This document shows, in pieces, positions 1 through 12,700 of a stretch of DNA of 64,000 nucleotides. Within the stretch, counting starts at the first letter, position 1. Every line of letters begins with the position of its first letter. The notes below the pieces were generated by a model that saw only the letters and a list, made by a program, of their open reading frames with translations, did no database searches and was not told the origin of the DNA. Both the position numbers and the translations under genes were made by a program. The stretch is from Octopus vulgaris (taxonomy: Eukaryota), in contig OX597817.1 of assembly GCA_951406725.2 (NCBI GenBank), positions 88,288,001 through 88,352,000 of the forward strand, given 5' to 3'.

Positions 1-904
1 TTTCAATTTACATCCTTTGATGACATATTCTTTTGCTTGACTGGAAATCATAAACTCAGTCTTATTGTCATTGATGTGTACTCCTGTCTATTCTGAAGCT
101 CCCTAAATTTGTATTAGTTGAGATTTCTTGATAGTATTAAAGCTAAAAGCTATACCATTTGTATAATCTGTATCAATAATAATAATAATAATTACGGAAA
201 ATATGTGGTTGGGGGGGGATGTTGTTTGGAAACCTGTTTCTTTTGCATTTGATGTTACAATTCACAATGAGAACCCCAATGCTACAACGAACAGAGAAGG
301 TGCAAGTGTTATCTTGTAGTACTCCTGCCAGGATCTCAAAGAAATCGTACCACCATCAGAGGATAAAGCCTGATTGATAGCATCTTTACAGAGAATGTTG
401 ATTGTATCTGAAAGTGCCTGGGATACCATATACCCTGAAGATCTGCATCTGTCTGACTGTGGATTGAGTTAAAAGCTTCACTAAACTCTACAAGTGATAT
501 AACAGATTTTGGGTTCTAATCCTTGATGCCTTCAATAAGATTTTGTAATGCAAGAATTTGTGATAATGTTGATCTTCCTGGAGAATAACCATTTTTGGTT
601 GAGTCTTAGAACTAGTTATGTTTGGAGGCATATGCTTTGAAAGCAACATTTTGTTATAGATTTAAGCTGCAATAACCAATAAACAAATGCCTCTGTTTTG
701 TTTAGCATATCTAAGGCTTGCTGTTTTTTTTTCTTTTTTTAGATTAATACTAGACCATTTTTTAAGTCAAATTGTTTCACTCAAATATTACTTCAAGTAA
801 TGGCTTCAAGAGGGCTTCTGTAGTTCTTAGGTAAAGTCATTTGTATCAACAGAGTTTCTTTTGCAACACACACACACACACATGTGTGTGTGTGTATGTA
901 TGTA

Positions 905-946
<42 letters not shown>

Positions 947-1300
947 GGCACAGACATGGCTGGGTGGTAAGAAGCTTGATTCTCAACTACATGGTTCTTG
1001 GTTCAGTCCCACTGCTTGGCTCTTTGGGCAAGTGTCTTCTATATCCTTGTGAATAGATTTGATAGCCGGAAACTGAAAGAAGCCTGTTGTGTGTGTGTGT
1101 TTGTCTACCACTGCTGCTTGACAACCAGTTTTGGTGTGTTTACATCCCCGTAACTTAGCAGCTCAGCAAAAGAGACTGGTGGAATAAGTACCAAGCTTAA
1201 AAAATAAGTATTGTGGTCTATTCATTCAACTAAAACTTGTTCAAGGAGGTATCCCACTATGGTCACAGTCTAATGACTGAAACCAGTAGAAGATAAAGAT
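947..1300 (+). mobile_element. tRNA-derived SINE family B (CORE-like ccttgggcaagtg box, TG-rich middle)
   Basis: ggcacagacatggctgggtggtaagaagc...ggttcagtccca...ttgggcaagtgtc...ggaaactgaaagaagcc. Related copies lie at ~3880-4000, 4615-4770(-), 10527-10690, 13860-14010(-), 37235-37590, 43783-44115, 47190-47330(-) and 54184-54290. Confidence 0.75.
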
Positions 1301-4144
1301 AATATATGTATATATTATAAAAAAATGCTTGTTTCTAAATATCATTTAAACATAGTTATATTTAGTTTGTAGTATTCATTTTTATCAAACATTGAATATA
1401 CTTTATATTAAAAACCTGCAATTGCTATAATAACAAAGTACACACAGAGACAAGTAAACACAATGTAGCTATCATAAATATATACTACTGCATATTCAAT
1501 GCACTGAAGCTGCTTGCTAGATCATAGATCTATAATTGTGATCTATAAATATACACTTGAGGTTAACATGTTATACCAGGGCATTTCTTTTCTGTTTGTC
1601 TCTTAATGTTGACAAACATTGTTCCTGCTCTGATTGTACTGAACAATTGAGTATTCATTTGGAAATCTTATTTATTTTCCTGTTTTTTTTTTATATTGTC
1701 TAATTCCTTGCTGCTGTTACTTGACTCCAGGTCAGGCCTATTTGATCAGATCTATGATCAAAAGCATTGCAACCATGACCATCCCATTTTTTCCTTAGAC
1801 ACAGTTGTGATTTTAGAGAGATTTGGTTGCTAGCTTTAGCAATTCAAAGGAGTACCAGCTAGGTACCCTATTACCCTATTGCCAGACTGTCATGCCAACA
1901 TTAGATATCCTTATTTCTAGAAATAAGTCATAGAAACCATGGAAATCTAGAGCAAATGCCTTACAGCATTTGATTTCTATGTTCTTTGCTCAAACCCTGC
2001 TGATGTCAATATTTACTTTTCATCCCACAATAATCATAGTAATCGTATACTGAGGTTAATTCAATCAACGGTACCCACCCCTTACAAAATAGGTTTCTCC
2101 TTATGTAAACAGGTCAGAGAGAGACAAATGTTAACTATTGTTAAAGTGGTAGATGTAAATATAACGTCATGCTAGACTAAATGTCTTCTAATATTTAGTT
2201 TTATCTGTCTACAGGTGGGGATCATACCATCAACCTCCAGTGGTCAATAAAATAATTTCTAATTCTATATATTGTGATTGACTGTAACATATTCATCTAA
2301 CCAATATATGTAAAAATGGACATAAAAATGAACTTATATATATTTCATTTCAACTAATACAGGTATGTTTTTAGAGAGGAACAGATAAATTAGCCTAGAT
2401 GTATAACAACACTGTCTATTGATTTGTCACTTGTAACTGAGCAATTCCTTTTTCCCTTCCTCTCATTTAACACTGCTATAGATTGACCTGAATATACATT
2501 CAGTTGTTCACATCTTCAGCTCTACTGCTACTACTACTACTAGTATTTAGGTGTACCAGTACTATTACTATTATAATTAATATTGCCTATAGTAGAAGGA
2601 ATTATCAGTATTACTTAAGCAACACAAGAACAGAAACAGAATGCTACACTACACTGAAATGATATATTCCTTGGTCAGCTTTGCCTTTCATTCTGCTGAA
2701 GGAGATAAAAAAAAAAACACTCTAATTTCTAAGATCAGTTCCATTGATTCCTCCACCTTTTCCTAAAGATGTGTGTGGTCTGGCACCCAAATTAGAAATC
2801 ATTAAGGTAAGACCCACATTCCAGGGAAATTTATAGTAGTGGTGGTTCTGGTTTTTACATTGGCAAAAGTGAATTCATAAAAGTTTGTAGTTAAAAATAG
2901 AAGTGAGTTGATATGCTGTTACTGAAAAATTCAGTCTTCAACATTTATCTTTCTTTGCTGCTACTCAACAATCTCAGTATTGTCCCCAATTCTCTGACAA
3001 TAAATGAATTCATTTTATTTTTTTATCCAAGCACTCTTAAAAAGCATTTTTATTGCTATGTGAATGGTAGATATGGTGGAATAGAGGTGACAAACCATAC
3101 TGCGGTGTATATCTCTTATCCATTACTAGTTTCAGCTTGAGAGCAGTGACCCTGTTGGGGCACCACTGTTATTGAAATGATGAACACCTTTAACTGAATT
3201 TCAAACCTTATTGGGTTCTCACTGGAGGTGTCAACATCAATTTGACCAATCCCATCAAATTATCACCGTGTGACCTGATTTTTTGTCCTTGACTGTAATT
3301 TCTTATTTGCTTACCCCTACAAAGTATGAAAAGTGGATAATATTTCCTTCAAACTTTACTTTTGTTACATTTAATCAAACCCCAAAGCATCCCTCTCAAC
3401 ACATGGCTATGATGTTCCTCCACTACACCTGCTCATGATCAGAGATGCACATATTGTCAGCCACTAAGGGACATGCTCTAGTGGCTAAGGTTAAGCAACT
3501 GACAAACAAATCTGTGGTAGTAAGCAGAATATTTACTATAATGATACTTCTGTTTCAGCAATTCAGTACTGAATCAGTCTGAAATGTAATGGAAATAGGT
3601 CAGTTTCATTTTGTTGATGTCCAGGTCACAATAGTAAAGTTTGAAGGGAATAGTTATCATTTCCTTTGATTTCTAAATTGAAGCAAATAGGAAATAACAC
3701 TGACCAAGGACAAAAAAAAGAGAATTTTGTTATACAGTGTTATTTTACATTTTAAGTCAAATTCTGCCATGGACAACTTCATTTGTAATTCTTGCTGAAT
3801 TTTACAATAAGTACCAAGATAAATCTAATCAACTTCATCCTCCCTAAAGATGTCTGACCTTGTGTGTATGTTAAAAAAAAAACATGGTTCTGGGTTCAGT
3901 CCCATTGCGTGGCACCTTGGGCATGTGTCTACTATAGCCTCAGACTGACCAAAGCCTTGTGAGTAGATTTGGTAGATGGAAACTGAAAGAAACCTGTCAA
4001 GGACTTATATACCCCATTATTAGACTATTTTCCTTAGTCATTGCACAGTGATTGCTATAAGCTTTAAGCTTATATACAAAAATACCATTATTATTTACAG
4101 GATTGTAAAATACGGTGCCATATAACAAAACCATTTGCACTGAA

Positions 4145-4194
<50 letters not shown>

Positions 4195-4519
4195 AGTCTG
4201 TGTTCATCCTCCTGCCATTGCTTGACAACTGATGCTGATGTGTTTATGTTCCTGTAATTTAGTAGTTCGGAAAAAGAGATTGATAGAATAAGTGCTTAAC
4301 GTCCATTTTTCTATGCTTGTATGGGTTGGATGGAATTTGTTGAGACAGATTTTCTTCAGTTGAATAAACTTCTTGATGGAACCCCTCACCTGTTTCCAAG
4401 TAAGGTAATAATTCCCCATGACTAGACATGTCTAGAAAGATTGGAAATGAAGGACACCACTTGTACGACCATGACGCACACTAACAACTATCATGCAATG
4501 TCAAGGAAAGCAGACAGTA

Positions 4520-4610
4520 ACCCACTCACTCACTCATCCCCACTCACACTCACTCACTCACTCATCCCCACTCATTCACACCTACTGACTCACTCACCCA
4601 CTCACTCACA
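4520..4610. repeat. (ACTC)n tetranucleotide repeat
   Basis: cactcactcactca runs, part of a family B SINE middle region. Confidence 0.85.
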
Positions 4611-5895
4611 TGACGGGCTTCTTTTAGTTTTCATCTATCAAATCCACTCAAAAGACTTTGGTCATCCCTAGGCTATAAAAGAAGACACTTGCCCAAGGTG
4701 TCACACAGTGGGACTGAACCTGTAACTGTGTGGTTGGGAAGCAAACTTCTTATCTCACAGCCACACCTAAGCATACAATCCTAGTTCAGCTAATTTCCAT
4801 GTTTAAGTTTTTTGGTTATATTGAATATATATTTCTTTTGATAAATTAAATTAGAAGAAGGTGGGGGTGGAACTGATGACTGTCATAGGATGCCTGAAGC
4901 TGGTGGTGCTGATTTGGTTTATGTTCAGTTGAACATTTGCTGGTCATTGTCTGTTTGAAATTGATGTAGATAGAGTGATTTCTTTTTAGCTGCTAAACCT
5001 TATAGGTAATCCTTATATCAACTCACCCTTTTTTTTATCATTTTCTTATAGATTCATTTATTTTGAACCTTGAAAATAAAGATTTCTTACACTGGACAAA
5101 CTCATAAGAAATGGATGTAATCAGTAGAATTGATTGCAATACAGTTTTAGTTGTCATTCTGTTGAACACTGCCTGGTAGGGCATTTAGTTTAGATTTCTA
5201 TGACTTCGACTTAATTGTGGAAATAATGATATTTAATGTCAGTGTGACTGTTTTGCATTTAAAGTAGGGCCCAGTTAGTTTTCCACTCACAGAAATCAGT
5301 GCCTACTTACTTTACTTGTGATTCACCTATAGGATCTTATTCTCCCTCTAGAAGATCAGTTCCTCCCATTCTGTTCAAGTTCCAGCATTGCCTTTCTTCC
5401 AAAAATTCCAATGACTCTATGGTCAATCCATAGTTTATGAGATGGCCTCTCACCGCTTTCACTGTCACTATTACTACAGCTACTAGAATATCATCAATAT
5501 TGTAGGCTGTAATTTACCTTATGTTCGCCTTTTCTAAGATTGCTTTTAAAACTGTTACTATTGTCTTCAGCATTCTGGTCACTCAGTACATTCTATCTTT
5601 GTAGTTTACCAATTGGTGTGTGTAGAAATTTTAGCCACATGGAACTGTAAATGCACTGATTTTAGGTTGACATTCATGTGTACCCCTGTCATCTGCCTTT
5701 GTTTACAGAGTCTGTATAGTGTCTCCTCTGAATGTTTCATAATGATTCAACTTCCGCAATAAAATCTAACAATAATCTGACCTTTAACCATGTGCAGCTA
5801 TTTTACAGAACATCTTACATAGGTATATGACTAATTTTTAGTAACCATCCCAATATATTGCTGATACTTATTTTATTCTGGAATCTAGTGAGATT

Positions 5896-8800
5896 CGTGA
5901 AGATGGACAAATCTGGAGATTTGTTAAGACTGGTGAAACATGGAAGAGAGATACCAGCTGGTCTGAGTGCTCTCTACCCACAATAACTGAACTGAAACAA
6001 ATCTAAAAAAAACTACAGCAACTCAGGGAAACTAAACCAGAACAACCTGCCATTCTCTACACACCATCATAAACTGCAAGCAGGGTACAAATTGTTGTCC
6101 TTAAATGCTCGCAGTTTATGCAACAAAATACATTTGTTCAACGCCTACATCAGAAGTATTGACCCTGACTTCATCACTGTCACAGAAACATGGGCACATT
6201 CCTTACTCTGTGATGGGGTTTTCAACATTACGGGGTACAACCTCTTCCTCAAGGACCGCATTAACCGCCATGGCGGTGGTGTGATGGTCTACGTTCGTTC
6301 AAATTTTTCAGTAATTCCTTGTGCCGATTTGAACGAATCACAAGAAGTTTTTTTCTGTGACGTACGTATGACCATGTCAACACTCCTGCTTGGTGTTGTT
6401 TATCGTCCCCCAAATTACCATCAAGACACACAACTTTGCGATATCCTCCAAGCTGCTGCCAGGAAAACAGCCACCTATGTTTTTATTGCAGGCGATTTCA
6501 ATCATCCTGAGATCAACTGGGAAACCTTCCATTGGCCACAGAGTGCAAACGATTTTGTTGAGCTTGTGCTGGACTCAAACTGGTCACAAGTAGTCACCTC
6601 TCCAACAAGGGGCGACAACACCTTGGACCTGCTCTTCACCACAACTCCTGAAGCGGTTATCAATTGCACTATGGAGGAACCTCTAGGTGACTCTGATCAT
6701 GCTGTGATCATCGCCAATCTGGCTCTTGCGGGCAACAACAAAAGCCTGAACCATCTCCAATCTGCTTCCTTCAATTGGAAGAGAGCAGATTGGAACCTGT
6801 ACCACACTGAACTACAGCACCCAAACTGGCGTGATTTCTACAACTCTGGAGATGTGAATACTATACTCCAGAGTATCCTGGACTCAATATGGGCAGCATG
6901 TGCAGCATCAGTGCCACATAAACAGAAAAAGAAGAACTGCCCCAAAAGGGCAATTTGGGAAACTTCAGCGGTCCGACTTGCCAGGAAGGAACGTCGGACT
7001 GCTGAACGGGAATACAAGTTGCATAAATCAGACACCAACAGGAAGAAGCGGAATAAATCTTCCAACCATCTCAAGCAAGTAACAAAAAAAGCAGTGCTTG
7101 AATTTGAACAGTGCATAGCAGCCAATCCTGACAGCAAGGTTTTCTGGAATTATGTGCATTTGAAGCAGAGACCTCACTCTCCAGTGGGCCCTCTTCGCAA
7201 CCCTCACACAAACCAGATTACTGACGACCCCAAGGAATGCGCAGAACTCATTGCCGAGTGCTATGCAAATATATTCACTGTTGAAAGTAAAAATGTACCA
7301 TCTTCACCATCTCTAACAGCAAATTCCATAACAACTATGGAATTTACACCTGCAATGCTGCGACATCACCTTCAAAATAAGCGCAACTATGCCTCCCCTG
7401 GTCTTGATGGAGTTACATACCTGCTTCTCAAACGTGGCAGGGACTTCCTTTTACACAAACTTTCTATTTTCTTCCAGTACTGTCTCAACAATGGTGCTAC
7501 TCCGGAGCAGTGGAAAACTGCCAGTGTCATTCCTCTGTTCAAAAAGGGTGACCGCACATCACCTGTCAACTATCGCTCAGTCAGTCTCACTAGCTGTATT
7601 GCAAAACTGATGGAATTGTGTGTCAGAGAAACACTCTGGAACTTCTGGAGCTCTCACAGTCTCATCTGACCCTCACAATATGGATTTGTCCCTAACTCCA
7701 GCTGCAGTGATCAGCTTGTCGAGTTCCTTGAGGACATTACTCAGATCACTGACAGTGGTTCATGGGTGGATGTTGTCTACCTTGACTTTGCTAAGGCTTT
7801 CAACTCTGTGCCACACAAAAGGCTTATGGTGAAACTCTCTGCAATGGGTGTGAGGGATGACCTTTTTAACTGGTTGAAATCCTTCATTCTCAGCCGAAAG
7901 GAGGTAGTCACTGTTCTAGGACAGCATTCTACACCATATGAGATGTCATTGGGTGTACCACAGGGATCTGTCCTTGGTCCCCTCTTGTTTGTGGCATACA
8001 TTAATGACATAGATGCCAATTTAAAGAATGCCACAGTATTGAAATATGCAGACGACATCAAGCTGTACCTTGAAATCAAGAGGACAGATCCTGATGTCTA
8101 CAACTCTTTCCTGCAATCAGACCTAGACACAATGCAGCAATGGATCACAGACTGGCAACTGAAACAGGCTGTGGACAAGTGTACCACCATGCATTTTGGG
8201 AGAAAAAACCCTGCATCCACATACTCCCTCCACAACACTGATATCAAGAAATCCTTTTGCGAGCGTGACCTAGGCATCACTGTCAGCAGTGATTTGCGTT
8301 GGACAAAGCATATCTCTAAAATTGTCAAGAAGGCCGAGGGTGTCTTGGCATCACTCAGCAAGACTTTTGTTAGCCACTCTCCAGCCATCTATTTAAAACT
8401 GTATACAGCTATGGTACGACCACACTTGGAATTCGCATCATCAGTTTGGAACCCCTATCTTGCTCAGAACATTGACCTCCTGGAATCTGTCCAGAGACGT
8501 GCAACCAAACGCATACCCTCCATCGGACACCTACCATATTCTGAGCGCCTTGTTTCCCTGGGCACGGATTCACTGAAGCTCCGGCGTCTGGCGACGGACT
8601 TGGTAGACACCCACAAAGTTATCAACCACCTCACCAACAACAACACTGAACACCTTTTTGATCTCCATGTGTCTAACACACGTGGACATGCCTACAAAGT
8701 CAGAAAACAACACAGCTCCCATGACTTTCGGAAACATTTTTTCACGCTCAGAGTTGCTGAAGCATGGAATAAACTGCCTGCGTCAGTTGTTGACTGCCAT

Positions 8801-8936
8801 GACACTGCATCCTTTAAGGCCCTCATGCTTTCCGAAATCCGCCGAAACTACACCTGATTATATATACACTTTAGATGAGTTGTAGTGCACCTGAGCACTG
8901 TACACACAATTATTATTATTATTATTATTTAACTAG
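5896..8936 (+). mobile_element. CR1-clade LINE, 5'-truncated (ORF1 tail, full ORF2, 3' UTR, (ATT)n tail)
   Basis: 17-bp target-site duplication tggaatctagtgagatt at 5879-5895 and 8937-8953. (ATT)n tail at ~8908-8929. ORF2 has APE endonuclease and RT domains and a CR1-type C-terminus (VRPHLEF...LESVQRRATK...TRGH...WNKLP). Confidence 0.93.
6092..8857 (+). pseudogene. LINE ORF2 (APE endonuclease + reverse transcriptase) with a single in-frame stop at 7667-7669
   Basis: ORFs 6092-7669 and 7766-8857 are in the same frame and the codons between them are open (LI*PSQYGF). Motifs: NARSL, TETW, GGGV, YRPP, GDFN, LDL, SDH; YLDFAKAF, GVPQGSVLGP, YADD. Confidence 0.92.
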
Positions 8937-9365
8937 TGGAATCTAGTGAGATTTTAACTTTGCAACAAAGAGTTAACGAAACCAGAGGCTGTTGTACATT
9001 TAGTCTCTTGCTTTACCATCTTGTCATGGAATTGATATTGGCTAGTCAGTTTAAAAATACAAGAACAGAAAACAAAAAAAAGACAAACAATAAGATCCTT
9101 TTTTTTTTTTGTTTCATTTCTTATTTTTGTTAATTTAAAAAGGGTAGTGAGCTGACAGGACCATTAGCATGCCTGGCAAAATGCTTAGCAGCATTTCATT
9201 GATCTTTATGTTCTGAGTTCAAATTGTGTCATGGTCAACTGTGTCTTTCATCCTTTTGAAGTTGATGAATTAAGTACCAGTGAAACACTGGGGTCAACAT
9301 AATCGATTAGTCCCCTCACCTCAAATTTCAAGCCTTGTACCTATACAGTTCTATATTTAAGAAAT

Positions 9366-9712
9366 GCACATTATTTACATTTGATGGATATTGGTCCTCA
9401 TCTTGTTTGTTGTTAACACATTTCGGCTGATATACCCTCCGGCCTTCATCAGGTGTCTTAGGGAAATATGTCGGGCATATGGCGTAGTGGTTAAGAGCGC
9501 AAACTACTAACCCCAAGATTTTGAGTTCAATTCCAGGCAGTGACCTGCATAATAATAATAATAATAATATTGAAAAATACCTTAGGAATGAGAACCCAGG
9601 TTTGAAATTTCCCCCAAGACACCTGATGAAGGCTGGAGGGTATATCAGCTGAAACGCTGTGTAAATAACAAACAAGATGAGGACAAATATCCGTCAAATG
9701 TAAATAATGTGC
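9366..9712 (+). mobile_element. tRNA-headed non-autonomous element with hammerhead-containing 3' tail and inverted 5' partial copy
   Basis: A box TGGCGTAGTGG 9480-9490, B box GTTCAATTCC 9525-9534, (AAT)n, then gacac-CTGATGA-aggctg..cagct-GAAAC at 9618-9662. Segment 9366-9467 is the reverse complement of 9607-9712. Confidence 0.75.
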
Positions 9713-12700
9713 TTGTATCAATAGTAGAAAAAATATTTTTAATTTAAAAGCCTTTAACTTGTCACCATCAAGACAAGTGATGATATTCATTGTAACCTGA
9801 TTCAACAAGCTGAATTGCAGGCTGCCTGTAGGAATCTCAAATGATGAGACCTTTGTTTTATTAAGTGGAGTTAAAAAGATAAGGATTTGCAAAAGAGACG
9901 TATAGTAAACTGAGTTTTATGTGGTTATTGCCATTGTTGAAATGTCTGTAATTTTATGATTGACTTGTGAAAAACAAGGTAGATGTATGGAAGCTTTCAT
10001 GTAAGACTTAATTACAGAATAAATAGCATTTGAGAATAGGTTTAATCTCACAGTAGTAATGATATTATTAGCATTTTCGCAATTCTGTAACAAAAGACCA
10101 CTAATACAGAAAAGAAAATGGAATAAGTTGACTCCTTGGTAGAATAACAGTATCAACAATTGCTGGAGAATTTAGGCATTATAAAATACATAAATATTAT
10201 GTGTGTATAAATGTGTATATATGTATGTATTTGTACAGATAATGTTTGTATATTGTAGCAACAATAGCAAGGATAGTAGCACTGTATTGTAATATTACTA
10301 CTAATACTACAGGAAATAGCTTGAAAATGAGAATATAAACAAAATTAGGACTGTATATTATTACAGTATATATCAGTCATTTTAGTAACAGTATAAAAAC
10401 AATAACTTTTAAGTGGAGCTTCAGGCAAAAACAGGAACACAGTACATGCATTATGACAGGGCATTGTCCTAAAACATACATTGGCAAGAAATTGATATCC
10501 TGTTTACAGGATAGTGTCATAGGATGTTATGTGGTTAAGAAGTTCACATACTAACCACATGGTCTTAGGTTCAACCCCACTGAGTGATACCTTTGGCCAG
10601 CATCTTATACTCTAAACCCAGGCCAACCAAAGCCTTGTGAGTGGATTTCGTAGGTGGAAACTGAAAGAAGCCCATCATATACAGATATATATCTATATCT
10701 AACACATACACACATTAGATAGAGAGTGTGTATGTGTGTGTTGGTGTCTCCTGGCTTTGACATTATATAATGGTTGCAAACAAGTATCACTGTTGTACAA
10801 GTGTTGTCCTTTGTTTCCAGTCATGTCTGGCCATGCAGGAACATGACCTTGCATGGAAACAGGGGAGGGTTGCTGACAAGAAGGGTACTCCAGCATAGAA
10901 AATCTGCCTCTTTTGTATGACTCATGCAAATCTGGAAAGGTAAACATTAAAACAGTGATGATGACACAATTATTGAATTCGTTAATTATGTATGTGGTCA
11001 TGAATCTGTGCTGATGAGGTCTACATACTGATGCATACCTGAGGATGAGGGAAAGAATATCTATATTATTTACCTTTACAAACAACCCTGCTATGGAAAA
11101 GAGAAAATGTTAGTGATATAGTGAGCAAATTATACCACACACACACACATACACGTGCACACATAATGTTAGTTATCAGTTGATTTGATGACTCACTCTC
11201 TTAGTCAAGCAACCTTGAGAAGGTTGCTATTATAAACGAACTCTATATCATGAATTGAATACACTTTCATTTGTGACACTAAAACACACACATGCATACA
11301 TTTCCACATATACACACATAAGCATGCATGCACTCAGTCACTCTCTTTCTTTCACGTGCACATGCACAAATTTCCACATGTACACACATAAACATACACT
11401 CTGTCTCTCTCTCTCTCTCAAACACACATACATAAACATAGCAAAACAAGGAAGTTGTTGATTGCACACAGCTGCTGCTTTGATATTTCTGGGCCACCTT
11501 AAAGAAAGGCTAAAAATAAACTGTTTGTCAATGTGTGTATGTGTGCATGCATATTATTGTTTGTGTGTCATTCTGTCACAAAGAAAAGTTAGTCAAGAGA
11601 AAAGGTTAAAAACAATAAATACACAAGTCTTTCTGTACTCTTAATAAAAGGGTGGGGTGCAAGTATTTTTGTTTTTGAATTGCCATGTTTTAAATTTTAT
11701 CATCAAATTCAAAATTAATAAAATTGGGTTGTTTCTCTAAACAAAATACAAAAAACAAAATATGAAGGAATATGAAAGTTTAAAAAAAACACACTAAAAT
11801 TCAAACTTAGATAACAAATTTTATTTTCTTAAAAATTTCATTGTAAATTTTGCATTTTAATTTCAATTTTCAAAACTTTTTTTTCTTTTCAATTTGATTT
11901 CTGTGAAAGTAAGTGCTTTAGATTCAGATATAATTTAGAAATTGCTGACCTTGTGCCTAAATTTGAAACCATTAATATTATTAATGTTATTATTATTATA
12001 ACTGGCGAACTGACTCAATTGATAGTGTGTGCTACATTCTGAGCCAAAATTCTGCTGAGGTTGACATTGCCTTTCATTGTTTTGGGGCTGATAATATAAG
12101 TACCAGTCAAGTAATGGGGTAGATATGATCGACTTCCCTTCCCATCAAAAACAGCTGACTCTGTGCCAAAATTGCAAATGATTTTCGTTATTAGTGTGTG
12201 AAGCCAGAAAGACAGACTTTACAGTATTTAGTTATGCCCTCAAGTTTAAATAAATTCATCTTTATTTTGTACATCCGTCTAGAAATTGTTTATACAATAA
12301 GTTTCAGTAAAGAACTAGTGGTGTTGATTAAGTCCACTACACTCTTCCTGTTCCCACCTATCATAAATTTTGGCTGTGTGCCAAGGTATAATAATGTGCA
12401 TTAGTATTATAATGGTAATCAGCTGTCAGTTGACCAAGAAATGTTTCTATTTTTGTAAGATTGGGATGCTTAGTCATAATTAACAAAAGGGACAATAATT
12501 ATCTTAATCCATACACTCATAGTGCAAAAGCTATTTATTCATCTGACCAAAAGTAATTAGTTTGCTTAACAATTCATTAACGTAGAATATATTGTCAATA
12601 ATTTAGACCTCATAAAGGTTTGTGTTACTACCTTAGATTATCAGGCAGTCTTTCTTTCCATTATACATTTGATGAGTTGTTGTTTAATCTCATGATTAAA

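Noticed and set aside
6390-8885. Short overlapping and antisense ORFs within the LINE
   Set aside because: Shadow frames of ORF2 with no independent motifs.
9473-9546. Functional tRNA gene
   Set aside because: A and B boxes are present, but the acceptor and anticodon stems do not pair and the sequence continues into a repeat body. The other SINE heads were rejected for the same reason.
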